Assembly (NCBI RefSeq): GCF_018350175.1 | Contig: NC_058382.1 | Span: forward strand, 61,754,001-61,818,000 | DNA length: 64,000 nucleotides | Direction of reading: 5' to 3' | DNA from: Felis catus | Taxonomy: Eukaryota | Shown: positions 34,068-47,568 of the stretch, one piece after another | Layout: the number at the start of each line of letters is the position of its first letter | Numbering within the stretch: position 1 is the stretch's first letter | Made by a program: the position numbers and the translations under genes | Notes under the pieces: model-generated | Told to the model about the DNA's origin: nothing | Seen by the model: only the letters and a program-made list of their open reading frames with translations | Databases searched by the model: none

Positions 34068-35224
34068 CCATTAGGCTTTTCTGATCCAGGGTGCCTCAGA
34101 GCTGGAAAGGCTTCCTTGCTCCTGAGGACCCAGTGCCTCTGAGTGTGGGCAAAGAGCCAGAGCTGGGTTTCCAACAGACTCGGCCCCCAGGCCTGGGGGA
34201 GACTCTGGAGGCTTCACAGCCACTTGGTGTCTCCTCAGTGGTGGGGCTGAGTACTGGGGAGGGGTGCTGGGCAGCTTCCAGGAAGCGCTGGATGGTCAGG
34301 GAGCAGCACAGTCCCTTGCATTCTCAGGGCTGTTCCGTGGTTTTTTCCTCATTTCCCCTGCCGGTATGTGAACAAGATTTATTTCAGTCAAGGATCTGTG
34401 GATTCAGGGGGTCCCGCGATGCCACGTCAGAGAGGCTGGGGTTTTTTTTTGTTCCAGATTCAGGATTGTTTTGTGGGAGAAATTCGGAGAATTTGTGTCA
34501 CAAATTCGGAGGAACAGGAGTCGCTTTCAGTTTGGAAGTAAAGACACCAAATGTTGACTCTCGGGACCTTCTAGAAGAATCAGCTGGGACCCACTCTCCG
34601 AGTCCTGCTGGAACCAGAGCCAGAGGTAAAAACACAATGTGCCCTCCACATCATACATGCTTTTATAATTTTCAGTGGGTATTTTCCCCCAACAATGTTG
34701 TAGTCGCTGAAAACAACTGAAAACCTGGCAGGTACCTTGTGTCAGGCACCTCCCATTATTTGAAAGTTCAATATTATTCCTGCGTCAGAATTTGTTACAG
34801 TTATCCTTTCTTGTCTTCGTTGGAAGGAATCTCATCAATAATATCTTTAAAACACTAGTTACCTTATGTCTTTTTTCAGTTGAGATTTGGCATGTTTTCT
34901 AATTTCTCATGAACTCGTGAAAAACTGAAATACTTTTAAATTGACTGCAGTTTTTACTAAAAGCTGATTCACGGCATCCCTCTGAGACTGAGCTGCTGGT
35001 CAAAGAACTTACCAAGGCCACTTCTCAGTGTGGGAAAGATTGTACTAAGCAAGCATTGTGAGCCAAGTTTAGAAGAAAAAGCCTGAGCATAGTGTGTCTC
35101 TATGAAAATTGATGCTTAGATCCCGTCTGATACATTTCCACTTTTTTTTATGTTTCTTTTTTTGCCCATTTTCTCATTCAGAGATTCGTAGACCTGCTTC
35201 AGTTTTACATTCACCACCCACTTT

Positions 35225-37955
35225 ATGCTGGTGGACTACTTTTTGAATACGTTGTTAGATTCTGTTTGCCAAATCTTGGTTGAGGACATTTACAGCTATG
35301 TGCTTGAACGATATGGACCCGTAGTTTTGTTTTTTCGTGGTGTCTTTATCTGGTTTTGGTATCAGGGTAATGCTGAATTAATTTGGATATTTTCTTTCCT
35401 GTTCTATTTTCTGGAATAGTTTGACAAGTATAGGCATCAACTTTTCTTCAGATGTTTGACAGAATGTTCTTGTGAAGTCGTCCAGTCCTGGACTGTTGTC
35501 TGTTAGGTGATATTTGATTACTGAGTCTGTCTTCTTGCTAGTAAACCATTTGTTCAAATTTTCGATTTCATTCTGCTTCAGTTTTGGTAGGTTCCATGTT
35601 TCTAGGAATTGATCCATATAATCTGGTTTGTCCAGCTTGTTGGCATATAGTTTCTCATAATATTCGCTTACAATTGTTTGTATTTCTGTGGTGTTGGTTG
35701 TTCTCTGTCATTGTTATTTATATGCGTCATTTCTGTTTTCCGATTAGTCTGGCTAGGGCTTATCAATTTCAATGTTCTTTTCATTGAAGCAGTTCCTAAT
35801 TTCATTTACCTTGTTCTACTGTAGTTTTAATTTCTATATCATTTATTTCTCCTCTGTTTTTAATTATTTTCTTCATTCTGCTGTTTGGGGGTTTTGTTTG
35901 TTGTCCTTTGTCTGGCTTTTATAGTTATAAGGTTATGGAGTTTACTTCAGGGTTTTTTGTTTTTTGTTTTTTCCTGAGGCAGACCTGTATTGCTTTAAGC
36001 TTCCCTGTTAGAACCAGTTTTCTTGCTTTACAGAAGTTTGGATTGTTGTGTTTTCATTTTCATTTGTTTCCATGTTATTTTGATTTCATCTTTGATTTCT
36101 TGGTTGACCCATTGATTGTTTAGGAGCATGCTGTTTAACTTCCATGTTTTTGTGCATTTTGCAGATTTTTTTTCTTGTTGGAGACTTCTACTTTCATAGC
36201 ATTGGTCTGAAAAGACACATGGTATGACATCGATTGGTTTGATTTTGTTTTGACTTGTTTTATGACCTAATATTTTATTGAGTGTGGGGAATTTTCCATG
36301 TGCACGTGAAAAGAAAGTGTATTGTGCTGTTTTAGGATGGAATGTCCTAAATATATCGGTTAAGTCCATCTGGTCTACTCTATCATTCAAAGTCACTACT
36401 TCCTTGTTGATTTTCTGATGGAATGATCTCTCCATTGATGTCATTGGAGTGTTAAAGTGCCCTACTATGATTGTATGACTGTCAATTCTTTACTTTAGGT
36501 TTTGACTGTTTTGTGTATTTGGATGCTCTCAGGTTGAGCGCATATATGTTTACAATTGTTCTATCTTTTTTTGGATTGTACCTTTTATTATTATTGTGTC
36601 CTTCATTGTCTCTTGTTACAGTTTTCTTTTTGAATCTATTTTTTCTGATATAGGTATGGCTACTGCAATTTTCTTTTGATACTTTAGTTCTATAGTTAGT
36701 CTCTTGTAGGTAGAAGATAGATGGGTCCTATATTTTATTCATTCTATCACCCAGTGCCTTTTATTATGAAGAGAGAGTGCACAGGCATGGGATGGCAGGG
36801 TGGGGGAATGGGGGAAGATAGAAGGAGAGCAAGAGAGAATGAGAGTGAGAATGTAACTTAAGCAAATTCCAAGGTCAGTGCAGAGCTCATTTGGGACTCA
36901 ATCCCATGATCCTGGGATCAGAGCCTGAGCCCAAATCAAGAGTCGAAATCTCACGTGATGAAGCCATCCAGGTGCCCCATCTGTCACCCAGTGCCTCTGA
37001 TTTGAGCATGTATTCTGTTTCCATTCAAAGTAATTGATAGACATAGAGTTTTCCTTTTATTACTTGATGTTGGTTGTTTCTGAATCTGTCTGATCCTTTC
37101 TTCTCTTTTTCTTTTCTATGGTTTTCTGGGTTTATTTAGTAGTGCAGTTGAAATTGCTTGTCTTTATACTCTGCATATGTATTAGTGGTGTTTGATTTGT
37201 GGTTATTATTAGGTTTGTACCTAACCACTTGTGCATATAGAAGTCTATATTAAATTGATAGTTGTTTAAGTTTGAACCAGTTCTTTACTCCTCTCCTCCC
37301 CGTGTTGTAGATATGTAGTGTCATATTTCAAAACCTTTCATATCATGAATGCCTTGGCTGATGTTTTACAGATATATTCATTTTTATTGCTTTTGCGTTT
37401 TGCACTTTAATACTGTTACTTTAGGTGTTTCTTCACCACTTAAAGAGTCCCCTTTAACATTTCTTGCAGGGGTGGTTTGTTGGTTGTGAACTCCCTGAGT
37501 ATTTGTTTGGGAACCTCTTGATCTCTCCTTCCATCTGAATGATAGTGTTGTGGATAGACTCTCTTTGGCTGCAGATGTTTTCCATTCAGCACCTTTACCA
37601 TACCGTGCTGCTCACTTAGGGTTTCAAAGTTTCTTCTGAAAAACATCCGGTGATAACCTCATGGGGTTTTTCTTGTAGGTAACTGTCATCTTTTGTTTTC
37701 CTGCTGTTAAAATTTTTCTTGATCACGACATTTTGGGTTTTAATTACTCTATGACTTGGTGTGGATGTGCTTCTGCTGAATATATTGGGGGTTCTTTGTG
37801 CCTCCTGCTTCTGAATCTGTTTCCTTCCCCGATTTAAGGAAGTTTTCATCTATTGCGTCTTCAAATAAATTTTCTGGTTCTATTTCTCAGAATTCTCAGA
37901 ATGAGAAATAGGACAGAAAAGACCTATTGAAAGTTCTCTGATGAGTCACTGGATT
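35225..37955 (-). mobile_element. L1 fragment (ORF2 5' part and ORF1 3' part) with a SINE at ~36770-36978
   Basis: ORF-track peptides DLTDIFRTFHPKTAQYTFFS and LQEMLKGTL. Confidence 0.88.
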
Positions 37956-37979
37956 TGCATGCGTGGAGGATACATTTGG

Positions 37980-40390
37980 GACTCAAATGAACAACCTACC
38001 TTTAACTTCAAAGAACTAGAAAAAAAACCAACAACAATCTACATCCAATGTTCTCAAAACGGAGAAAGGAATACATATGAGAGTGGAAACCAATGAAACT
38101 GAGACCATGAAATCAATAGAACATATGAAGAAGAGCAACAGTGGGTTTTCTGAAGAGTGAAACAAAATTGTCGAGACTATACATAGACTATGCTAAGACA
38201 GAGAGACGACCCAACTCAAAAGAACTATAAATAAAAGAGAAGACATTACATCTGATGACAAAGAAGCATAAAGGAGACAAAGAGGCATCTATGTGCAAAT
38301 TAGATGGCAGAAAACCACCTACCTAGAAGAAATGGATAGGTTCTTAGAAACACACAACCTACCAAGACTGTATCAGGAAGATATAGAAGGTTTGCACAGA
38401 CCCATTAAAGGAAGACTGCATCAATACAAGAAGATAACCAATGGAAGTAAATTGAATCAGTAATGGAAATTCTCTCAGGGAAGAAAAGCCCAGGACCAGG
38501 TGCATTCACTGGCGAATTTGACCAAGTGTTTGTAGAAGAACTAACAGCAGTCGTTTCTCTGATTCAAAAGGAATGAACACCACCAAACTCATTTCATGAC
38601 ACTGGAACTACCCTGGTAGGAAGCCAGAGAAGGATATTACCTGAACAGAAAACTATAGGCCAGTATCCCCGTGATGAATATAGATGAGTAATTCCCAAAT
38701 AATATACAAGCAAACCAAATTCAGCATCACCTTTAAAGGATCATTGACCGTGATGAAGGGTTTTTTCCCTGTAAAGGAAGGATGTTTCAGAAATGCATAT
38801 CAATAAATGTGACTCCTCACATACTTGAATGAAAGAAAAATCAACCAGAAACCAGAATCTTAAGTATAAATAGCAAAGGCAGGGTTACTAGAAGGGAGGT
38901 GGGCAGGGGGATGGGTTTAATGGGTGATGGGCTAAGGAGGGCACTAGTAGTGAGGAACACTTGGTGGTGTATGTAAGTGATGGATGACTACATCCTATAC
39001 CTGAAACTAACACTACACTGTATGTTAACCAACTGGAATTTAAATAAAAACTTGAAAAAATGAATACTAAAGAAATACATAAATACATTTAAACTAAACT
39101 AAATAAACACATGTTAAAAAGGAAAAAGAAAACTCATGTGATGATGTCAATAGACACAGAAAAAGCGTTCTGAGAAAATTTGGTATCCATTTGTGGTAAA
39201 AATCTCTTTAAAATTCTGTGTAGAAGGAACAAGTCTCAACATGAGAAAGGCCATGTATGTGACACCCACAGCTAACATCATACTCAATAGTGAAATTGTG
39301 AAAGATTTTCCTCTAAGATCAGGCACAAGACAAGGATGCCCTAGATATGTGAAGGGGATTGGGTGATGCAGGCTTCTGGTTATGCAATGAATGAATCACA
39401 GCTAGAAGATATAGCATAGGGAACATAGAGAATGGTACTGGAGTAGTGATGCATGGTGACAGATGATAGCTACACCTGTGTTAGCGTAGCAGAATGTATA
39501 CATTTGTCCAATGACTATGTTGTTCATCTGAAACTAATGTAACATAGTATGTCAGCTATTCCCAAATAACATGATTTTTTAAAATAAGGTAAAGGAATGA
39601 AATAAAAAGTTTAATGTAAAATAACCTGTTAATATCTAATCAAGAAATGCAGTAAAGTTCCAAAATAGAAAGTCACCATATCAAATTCTGTAGCATTCCT
39701 ATACAATAACCAAATTATCTAAGAAGGAAAGAAAATAATCACATTTACAATAGCACCAAGAACAATAAAATTTATAGGAATAAATTTAGTCAAGGAAGTG
39801 AAAGATCTCTCTACACAAAACTGTAAAACCTCTGTGCAGAAATGGAAGACATTCAATTTGGGTGAAAGAAAGGGGAGAACACACAAGTCAGTGAAAAGCC
39901 ACCTGTCAGAGGAATTAATATAGATACAATGCCCATACTACCCAAAGCCCTCTAGAGATTCAGTGCAATCTCTATCAAGACCCCGATGTAAGTTTTATGC
40001 AATTAGAAACACGTATCCTAAAATGTATTTGGAACCACAAAAAGACCCCAAATAGCCAATGCAAGAAAGAACAAAACAGGAGGCATCACACTTCTCGATT
40101 TCAAGCTGCATTCTAACACAAAGAAATCAGTTATGTCATTGGCATAAGCACACACACAAGACAATGGAACAGAAATTGAGAGCCCAAACTAAACCCATGC
40201 ATGCATAGTCAACAAGTATTTGACAAGGGAGTCAAGAATACTCAGTGGAGAAGAGTAGTCTCTTGAATAACTGGTGCTGGGAAAATTGGATATTCACATG
40301 TATAAGATTAAAGCTTAGCACTTTATGTTATACCACTCCAAGAATTAACTTGAAATGGATTAAAGATGTAAATGAATGATATGAAAACAA
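37980..40390 (+). mobile_element. Old L1 ORF2 fragment with nested L1 3' ends (~38845-39110, ~39345-39600)
   Basis: AAAACTATAGGCCAGTATCC and CCTCTAAGATCAGGCACAAGACAAGGATGCC ORF2 motifs. Confidence 0.85.
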
Positions 40391-40820
40391 AATTCTTCCT
40401 CATCATTTCAGCTCTTATTATGCCAAAAAGAAGCTGTTGAGGTGGTGAAGGGCTGGGTGGAGAGTAGTCCTGGAAATAGAAGCCTGTGTGTGTGAAACAG
40501 ACTTTCTTTAGTAGTCTGGAATTATCCCCCTGATCCTTTAAGGCTAGCCACTTCTTTCCCTACATTTTCAGGCACAGCTAGTACCATAATTGCTGCCAGC
40601 CATGGACTGTTTTGTCTTCTCAAACCCCTAGAAGCTCTAGGTGGGACCCAGTGGGAAGGGTGGAGTGTTGTGGCAGTGATGCTGCCCTGTTGAAACCAGG
40701 TGGAGGGGAAGGAGAGAGATACCATTCCGTCTTCACTGGGGTTCAGGTATGTTAGTGTTGGTGTTGAGTTTTTCACCTTTTACCCTAACACATCTCAAAA
40801 GTTTAATTTCTGTCCTGCAG

Positions 40821-43342
40821 GTCGAAGTGGCTTCGAAGTGGCTCCAGAACAGTTCCTCATTTCCCAGAAGTGCCCTCCATGTCATACCCTGTGGGCTGCT
40901 CTTTATCACCATCCATGGGCTTTGGGCCACCCCCAACTTCTCCAACCTGGTGGCCTCTGGGACCTCACCCTCCACTTCCACCATCTGGAAAGATGATTGA
41001 AACAGTATGAGTTGACTTATAAAACACGTTTTGTCTTTTTACTTGTTGAGTATTTGGAGAAGATGCAGTGATGGCACCACAGGGCTTTCAGGTCAGCCTG
41101 AGTGAGGACAGTGTAACGTGCTTCAAATTTCTCAGGAAATGCATGAAATGGGCAGTCATTTCCACCTAGTGAGCTGGGCAACACGTGTCTGAGAGGGAAA
41201 GAGGCCTTATACATGCTGACAGACATAGCACTCCCTAGGATGTAGCTTGTACAGAGACCATGTGCTGGGCTCTCTGAGGGATGAGACACACCCCTAACTT
41301 TATTTCTAGCTAGATGAGACCTGAACTGTTCACAGCTGCTTGATTAGTTATAAAAACACCTGAACCAGGGCCATGTAGACCTTCCTTAAAGGACAGGATC
41401 AGATCTCCCTCTTGTCCTCAAGGGTCACCTGAGGCACCTGAAAAACGCTCTGCCCCTGGTACGGGACGTGAGAATGTGAAAGAGTTGAATATAATGAAAC
41501 ATGTTGCAGATGGTTTGTTTTTCTTCCACACAGTCTATGCAAGTCAGAATCAACTTCCATCCCACTCCATCCTTTATGAGACCTAGGATGTGGTGCAACT
41601 CCCACGGGGGAATATCAGTTGTGTCTCTACCATGGATGCAGAGAAAGACGAGGTAAATTCTGTTGCCTATTTCAGATGCAATGCTTTCTGGAAACTTTTA
41701 TGTGGCCTTGTCTGGTTTTCTATGTCCTCTGGTATTTTTACTGTTTGATTTACATCCTCACAAGCCTCCAGGCTTCTCCAGTTTAAGATCATCACGTTAG
41801 GTAGTGCCTCTGGACTTCACAAGTGTGTGGAGGCAGAGGACCACGTGGCTATCACTTTGTGTTTGTGGAAATAACTTGAGGAGGATGACACTCCACTGCA
41901 CCCTCAAGTCTTCTGGAGCATCTGACTCCTTCCTCACCTTCTTTACACGGGATTATCCTGATTATTTTCATTTTTTCCTATTTCAGAGTAGGCCATGAAT
42001 TTGTTCGGAATGTCTGCTATGAGCCTTGTGACTGGAAAAGATAACAACACTTTCCAACATTATATTGTGTGCTTTGTGCAGTGCTGAGTGTTCTTAGATA
42101 AGTTTCAGAATTCATTACTGGTCCTTCTGTGTCGGTCAATGTGCAATAGAGAATTTCTCCAGTTGTCCCCTAGGTGGAAATACTCTGAATTTTCAGTAGC
42201 GGCATGTGCAATCAAAAATGTACATGGAACTGCAGTCGTGAAGGGAATGAATCAGTGATTACCTGCAGGGCCAGTACCTCACAGCGTTCTTCAGTTGTAT
42301 TTATATGAGCAGGTTCTCTTGTGTCCCAGAAACAGTTGTAACTGGTACTTTGTCTCATGATGCCTTATGGGAGTTTTACACCTGAAATTGAGACATGTTT
42401 CTGTTCATTCTTTTATGTAGAATTTCTACCTTTCTTTTACAATGGGACAAAATAGCTCTGCAACCCATATTGTATTTAAAAGCTGAATTACCTGTGAATT
42501 AAGATAAACATACTTGAGGCCAATGAATGTGCACAGGTAACACGTTTCTCTCAGAAAACACATTTCTAGGCCCCCTGCAGGACTCCAGGAATCCCCATCT
42601 CCTCAGAGGTCTCTGTGGCCTTGCACAGAAGATGTCTTTGTCAGTGAGGGAAGCAGAGTAAGGACAGGAATGGGGTGGCAGGTTGAGCTTTGACCTTGGG
42701 ATGGCCCTGAATCTCTGTGTGGTGCTGGGCTTTTCTTTCATTCCTTCATGTTCTGTCTGTTCTCAATGTGCAAAGAAAAAGTCTGCAGATTTGGTGGAAG
42801 AGGACACCAGAGGGATCCTGGACACAGATGCCTGCCTCTCTGGAATACGTTCCTTTATTAGACTGGCATTACTGCCATCAATCTTCTAGAATAGGATTCC
42901 TTGGCTTTCTGCATTTGTAAACATGTGCAGTGATGTGTAGAGACAGTAGTTTCTCCTTGTGGCATCTGGTACCTTCAGGCTGTAGGTGGGAGCTCATAGG
43001 AGGTCCTTGTGAGACCTTCAGGCTGTAAGTGGGATCTTGTGGGAGGGTAGAGTATTCTGGCACTGATGTTGCATTCTACTAGAACCCGTGAATGAACAAG
43101 GGGCCAGGTGCCGACACCTGCTTCATTGTGTTTCAGCTCCTGTGGGCGTTCTACTTCTGTCTCTCATACCAACATACCTGTCACTTCTGTTCTGTAGGTC
43201 CTTATGGTTGCAACAGGACCTCCTCTTTTCCCAGGTCCACCCTGCGGGCCCTTCCCCACAGATCCCCTTTATCACTGTTCATGGACTCTATAAGCCACCA
43301 CCAGCTCCTTGGTGCCCTCAGTGACCTCCACCTCGACTATTT
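40821..43342 (+). pseudogene. MIA3: MIA3/TANGO1-like paralog copy B: proline-rich-domain exons in order ~27 (40821-40987), ~25 (41392-41458), ~26 (41534/41581-41652), ~27 (43198-43342)
   Basis: FPEVPSMSYPVG..FGPPP..PLGPHPPLPP and VLMVATGPPLFPG vs [50 protein letters not shown] vs PRWSAEASGKPSPS; DLGCGA vs DPGSGT. Frameshifts and stops are present. Confidence 0.82.
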
Positions 43343-46300
43343 GTAAGATGATGTGAACAGTATGAGTTGACATGTTCAGCATGTTCATCTACTGTCTTGT
43401 TAAGTCTTTGAGAAGATGTAGAGATGGCCTCACAGGCTTTTCAATGCAAGGGTGCTGCTGGCTGAGGACACTGTTAAGATTCCTCAAGTTTCTCAGGACA
43501 TACATATGTTGGGCTGTGCCTAAGTGTGTGTATCTCTGTGAGCCTAAATGCGACGAAAGGTTGTAGATTAGCTGTGTGGCTTCCTTGGCCTTCAGCCTGA
43601 GTCAAACTCTTAGCGGGGAATTCAGGGTTGACCAGGAAATACCCCTGCTGGACTCCTGTCACCGCAACCCTGAACCTGCTTTCACCACCCTGCCTGAAGG
43701 TTTGCATCTCCGAAACTTCTCTCACAATTTCCTGAGGCTTTGCGTGTGTTCCTCTTGTCTCAGACCTAATGCCAGCTCTCAGTGGGGAGAGTCTCAACTC
43801 AGAGCATCAGCTTTGTGATCTGAGAAGCAGGGATAATGTTGATCTCTGAGGTCAGTGCGATGAAGAGGTGGTTAATCACATGAGGAATTTGTAAAATATA
43901 TGGGATCAGTGGGCATTCACCCTTCTCAGCGTGGAAACGAATGTATCTGCACACAGAAGATCATCAACAGATGTTCATTCAGTTTCATGAAACCAAGGGT
44001 ATAATGCCTGAGGCTGAGGGATTGGCAATTCCTGTTTCAAAAGATACAACAAAGACCCCTGTGTGTTTTCTATCAAAATTCAGGTGCTACTTTACAAAGA
44101 AGGAAAAGATAGGTATGAGAATATGGATGTTTAGGGATCTGAAGATAATCCTCTTCCATTACAGGTAGACACACAAATGCACCCTGACAAATATGTGCTC
44201 ATCCAAGGCCACAGATGTATTGAAGAAGAAAAAACGCATAGAGAACAGAAGATCCCTTTGCAATAACTCAAAATCACTTTGACATAGAGGGCAATCAGTG
44301 TGAAATTTGAAGAGCACACTGAACCATTACAAACCAGCTGTGGTTATTATATATTTAGAGATGGTGTCTAATCTGCCCCTTAGTCTGAATGCTTTCCCTG
44401 TCCACCCCGTCCCCTCCACGTTGTCCTTCCTAATATCCCCTAATACACTTGTCATAGTTGTGTTTCTGTGTCAGCGTCTGCCTCCAGGAAAATCGACACT
44501 CATTCCCCATCAAGTGTACACTTTGGGGTTCCTGTATATGCAGTTAACCAACAGGTAGAATGTATAGTATTGGTGGAAGAAGACAGATCATTCTTTGGGT
44601 TGTATTGCCTGGAAGGGACCAATAGTTCCATCTGAGGGGTTGGATACATCCTTTAGGGAGCTCTGGTGGTGGTTGTTCATCTGTAGATTGATGCTCATGA
44701 GCACATGGCGCATGTGCTAGTTGATGAGGTTTGTGCTGATGAGCAGGGCAGGTATCTGACTCCAGAAAAGGGTCTCTTCTGATGGTGAGGAATGGATTTA
44801 GGAGACCAGTAAGGAGGCCCTGCATTAATTCAGCTCTTGCGCCCTTGTGCACCTTACCACCTGCCCTCAATAGCACCAATCGAGGTGGCCTCCAAGGGGG
44901 CAAATGGTGCAATTTTTGTGGCGAGTCACATGGTGTCCCATAAAGCTCCCCCTGATGCCATATTGAGGCATGAGGAGGGCAGAGGTCCATGGTCTGAGAT
45001 AGGTTCCTTCGACACCACCCGGGAGAGTTGTGTGTAAGCATAGAGCTCCTTCTACATCAACTAATCCAATCTACTTCAGAGACTTTGAACCCTGTGAGCC
45101 CCTTTTTCCTTCTAGCTTAGGGAAGCAGCCAACCCTCCAGCAGCTTTTGGGTCATAGCTGGGCCACCAAGGGTAAATGTCTGGCTGTCCACATGCAGCCA
45201 GCATTGCTTTAGCAAATGTCAATATGGGCAGCTGCTGAATGGGGGATTCTCCTCCATTTTGACCAGGGCCTGGGACAAAACATGATGAGAGAGAGAGAGA
45301 CAGGAGTTCCCTGTGCTCCTGGACAGGGCTGCATGCACAGAGCAGATAGCCTGAAGCCTGGAGAGAGGTGGAAAAAGAGGCAGGTAAGGGGAGATAAACT
45401 GGATGAGTGATAGGGGAATTGGGCAAGACTGAGAGAGTGAAAGGAAGAAACACAGAGAGGTGTGGTTAGAGAGAAACAGAGACAAAGAGGAAGTACAAGG
45501 AGAAAAGTGGAGACCTGGTCCAGGTACGTGGATGGGGTGAGATGGGCCAGGGGAGAGGGGATGTATGAAGTGTCTCTGAGTGCTGGGGCACAAAAGGCTG
45601 GTATCATGGGCATTATAGTTTCATGACTCTAAGACTCCAACATCCCTGGGGCCAAGCTCTGCAGAGGCCATTGCAATTGAAAAGATGGGTATCTGTCATT
45701 TCTCCTGGAATTGTGGGGCTCAGCGTTATGTTCTGTCATGGAGAAGGATGTCTTCAGGGAGAGTGTGCTGCTCTTTGGCAGTTAAACTTCAGAGCCCGCC
45801 CTGTGGGGAGGTGTCCCAGGGTCATCTCCCTCACTGCCCCAGGCCCTGTTGGATTTCCCCCCTGCCCCCACCAGCTGGCGTTCCTCATGTTCTGAACCCA
45901 GGCAACCGGCATTGTGTTGCCCCAGGTTCTGCAGTCTGGACCTGGCAGAGGTGGACTGTCCATATTGATAAAAAAAAAAAAAAATGACAATAAGGCCCAT
46001 ATTCTCCCTCTGGAACGAGCGGTGTGCATCCAAATCGTGGGTTGCTATCCTCCTGTCCACAACCAATCTGAGGATTCCAGAAGGTAAGTGAACCCTTCAA
46101 AACACCATAGTCTTCTCTTACATCACATTGAAAGACACTTTATGTCCCAGCTTTCTTTTAATTTTGAAGGGATGACAATTACTAATTGAAAGCATAATGG
46201 TCCTGTAGGAAATTGACCTACATGACTGATGGACATTATTTCATCCATCCATATCCCTAAAGCACATTTCATTGGAAATATTAGTCATGGATACATGTCG

Positions 46301-46475
46301 TAAATTCATAACAGATGTGTAGCTCCCTGTAAGTTGCATTCTGACCTTGTCACATATGTGTCATCAGATATCATTAGTGACTTTTCAGATAAGCTCTAAA
46401 CATCAAGATGGTCATGTTAGAGAATCTGCTATAAATGGAATTTCACAGATTCTAAATTAGGAATGATTTTTCATT

Positions 46476-46901
46476 AAAAAAATTTTTTTTTCAACATTTA
46501 TTTTTTTGGGAGAGAGAGACAGAGCATGAACAGGGGAGGGGCAGAGAGAGAGGGAGACACAGAATCAGAAACAGGCTCCAGGCTCTGAGCCATCAGCCCA
46601 GAGCCTGACGCGGGGCTCGAACTCACGGACCGCGAGATCGTGACCTGGCTGAAGTCGGACGCTTAACCGACTGCGCCACCCAGGCGCCCCTGATTTTTCA
46701 TTTTTAATGTTTCATTTTTCCCTTTTTGGAGAGAGCCCGAGCTGGGGATGGGGGAGAGAGATGGAGATACTGAATGTGAGGCAGATTCCAGTCTCTGAGG
46801 TGTCAGGACAGAGCCTGACGCAGGGCTCAAACTGAAGGACGGCAAGATCATGACCTGAGTGGAAGTCGGACGCTAAACCAAGTAAGCCACCGAAGCGCCC
46901 C
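46476..46901 (-). mobile_element. Young SINEC_Fc (46476-46690) inserted at the tail of an older SINEC (~46703-46901)
   Basis: TSD TGATTTTTCATT at 46464-46475 and 46691-46702. Both SINEs are absent from paralogous copy A. Confidence 0.9.
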
Positions 46902-47490
46902 AGGAGTGATAGTTTATTGGCAAAGAAAGAGAAATTAAAGATAGCATAAAGGATGTCAACTTTTAATTGAAATATTCTTCACACATTTGTTGTATTAGTT
47001 TTAGGCATACATTGTAGTCCTTCCATATGTCTATAAATTATGTTGTACTTAAGCACAAGTGTAGCTATCATGTGAAAGCATGCAACAGTATTATTACAGG
47101 AAAGACTCTCTTCCATTGGCTGTTCCTTGTATCCCTAGGACTCATTCATTCCATAGCTGGAAGCCGGTATCTCTCTCTCAAAGGTGTCCATTCTTTATCT
47201 AACCTAAACACTTAGGTGGTAAACACCATTACCTCTTGTTCAGCATGTGTAAATTGGTGGTCTATTTTTCTGGGAACATTGCTTAAAGCATTACAAATGG
47301 TGTCATTACGTTAATAAATTTGGTTTCATTCTTCACTCACAAGAAAGGAGAAGGAAAAGATTTCTTTGTGCCCTAGGCCCTGTCACTAAGACCCTTCCCA
47401 GTGTAGAGAACAGGCTTAGTTGCCCAGAGCACCTTCGGTCCCTCAGCTGAGCCACCAGGGTCTTCAACACTGCAGGAATTCCCATGGTGG

Positions 47491-47568
47491 CCAGCAGAGA
47501 GAGCTGGAGCACCACAGACTCAGAGGGGCGGGTTCCTCTGCCTAGGCAGTGATGGCCAGCAGAGGCGC
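47491..47568 (+). promoter_or_regulatory. Degenerate CTCF motif pair (module copy 3)
   Basis: CCAGCAGAGAGAGC (47491) and CCAGCAGAGGCGC (47556), paralogous to 33991-34067. Confidence 0.45.
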
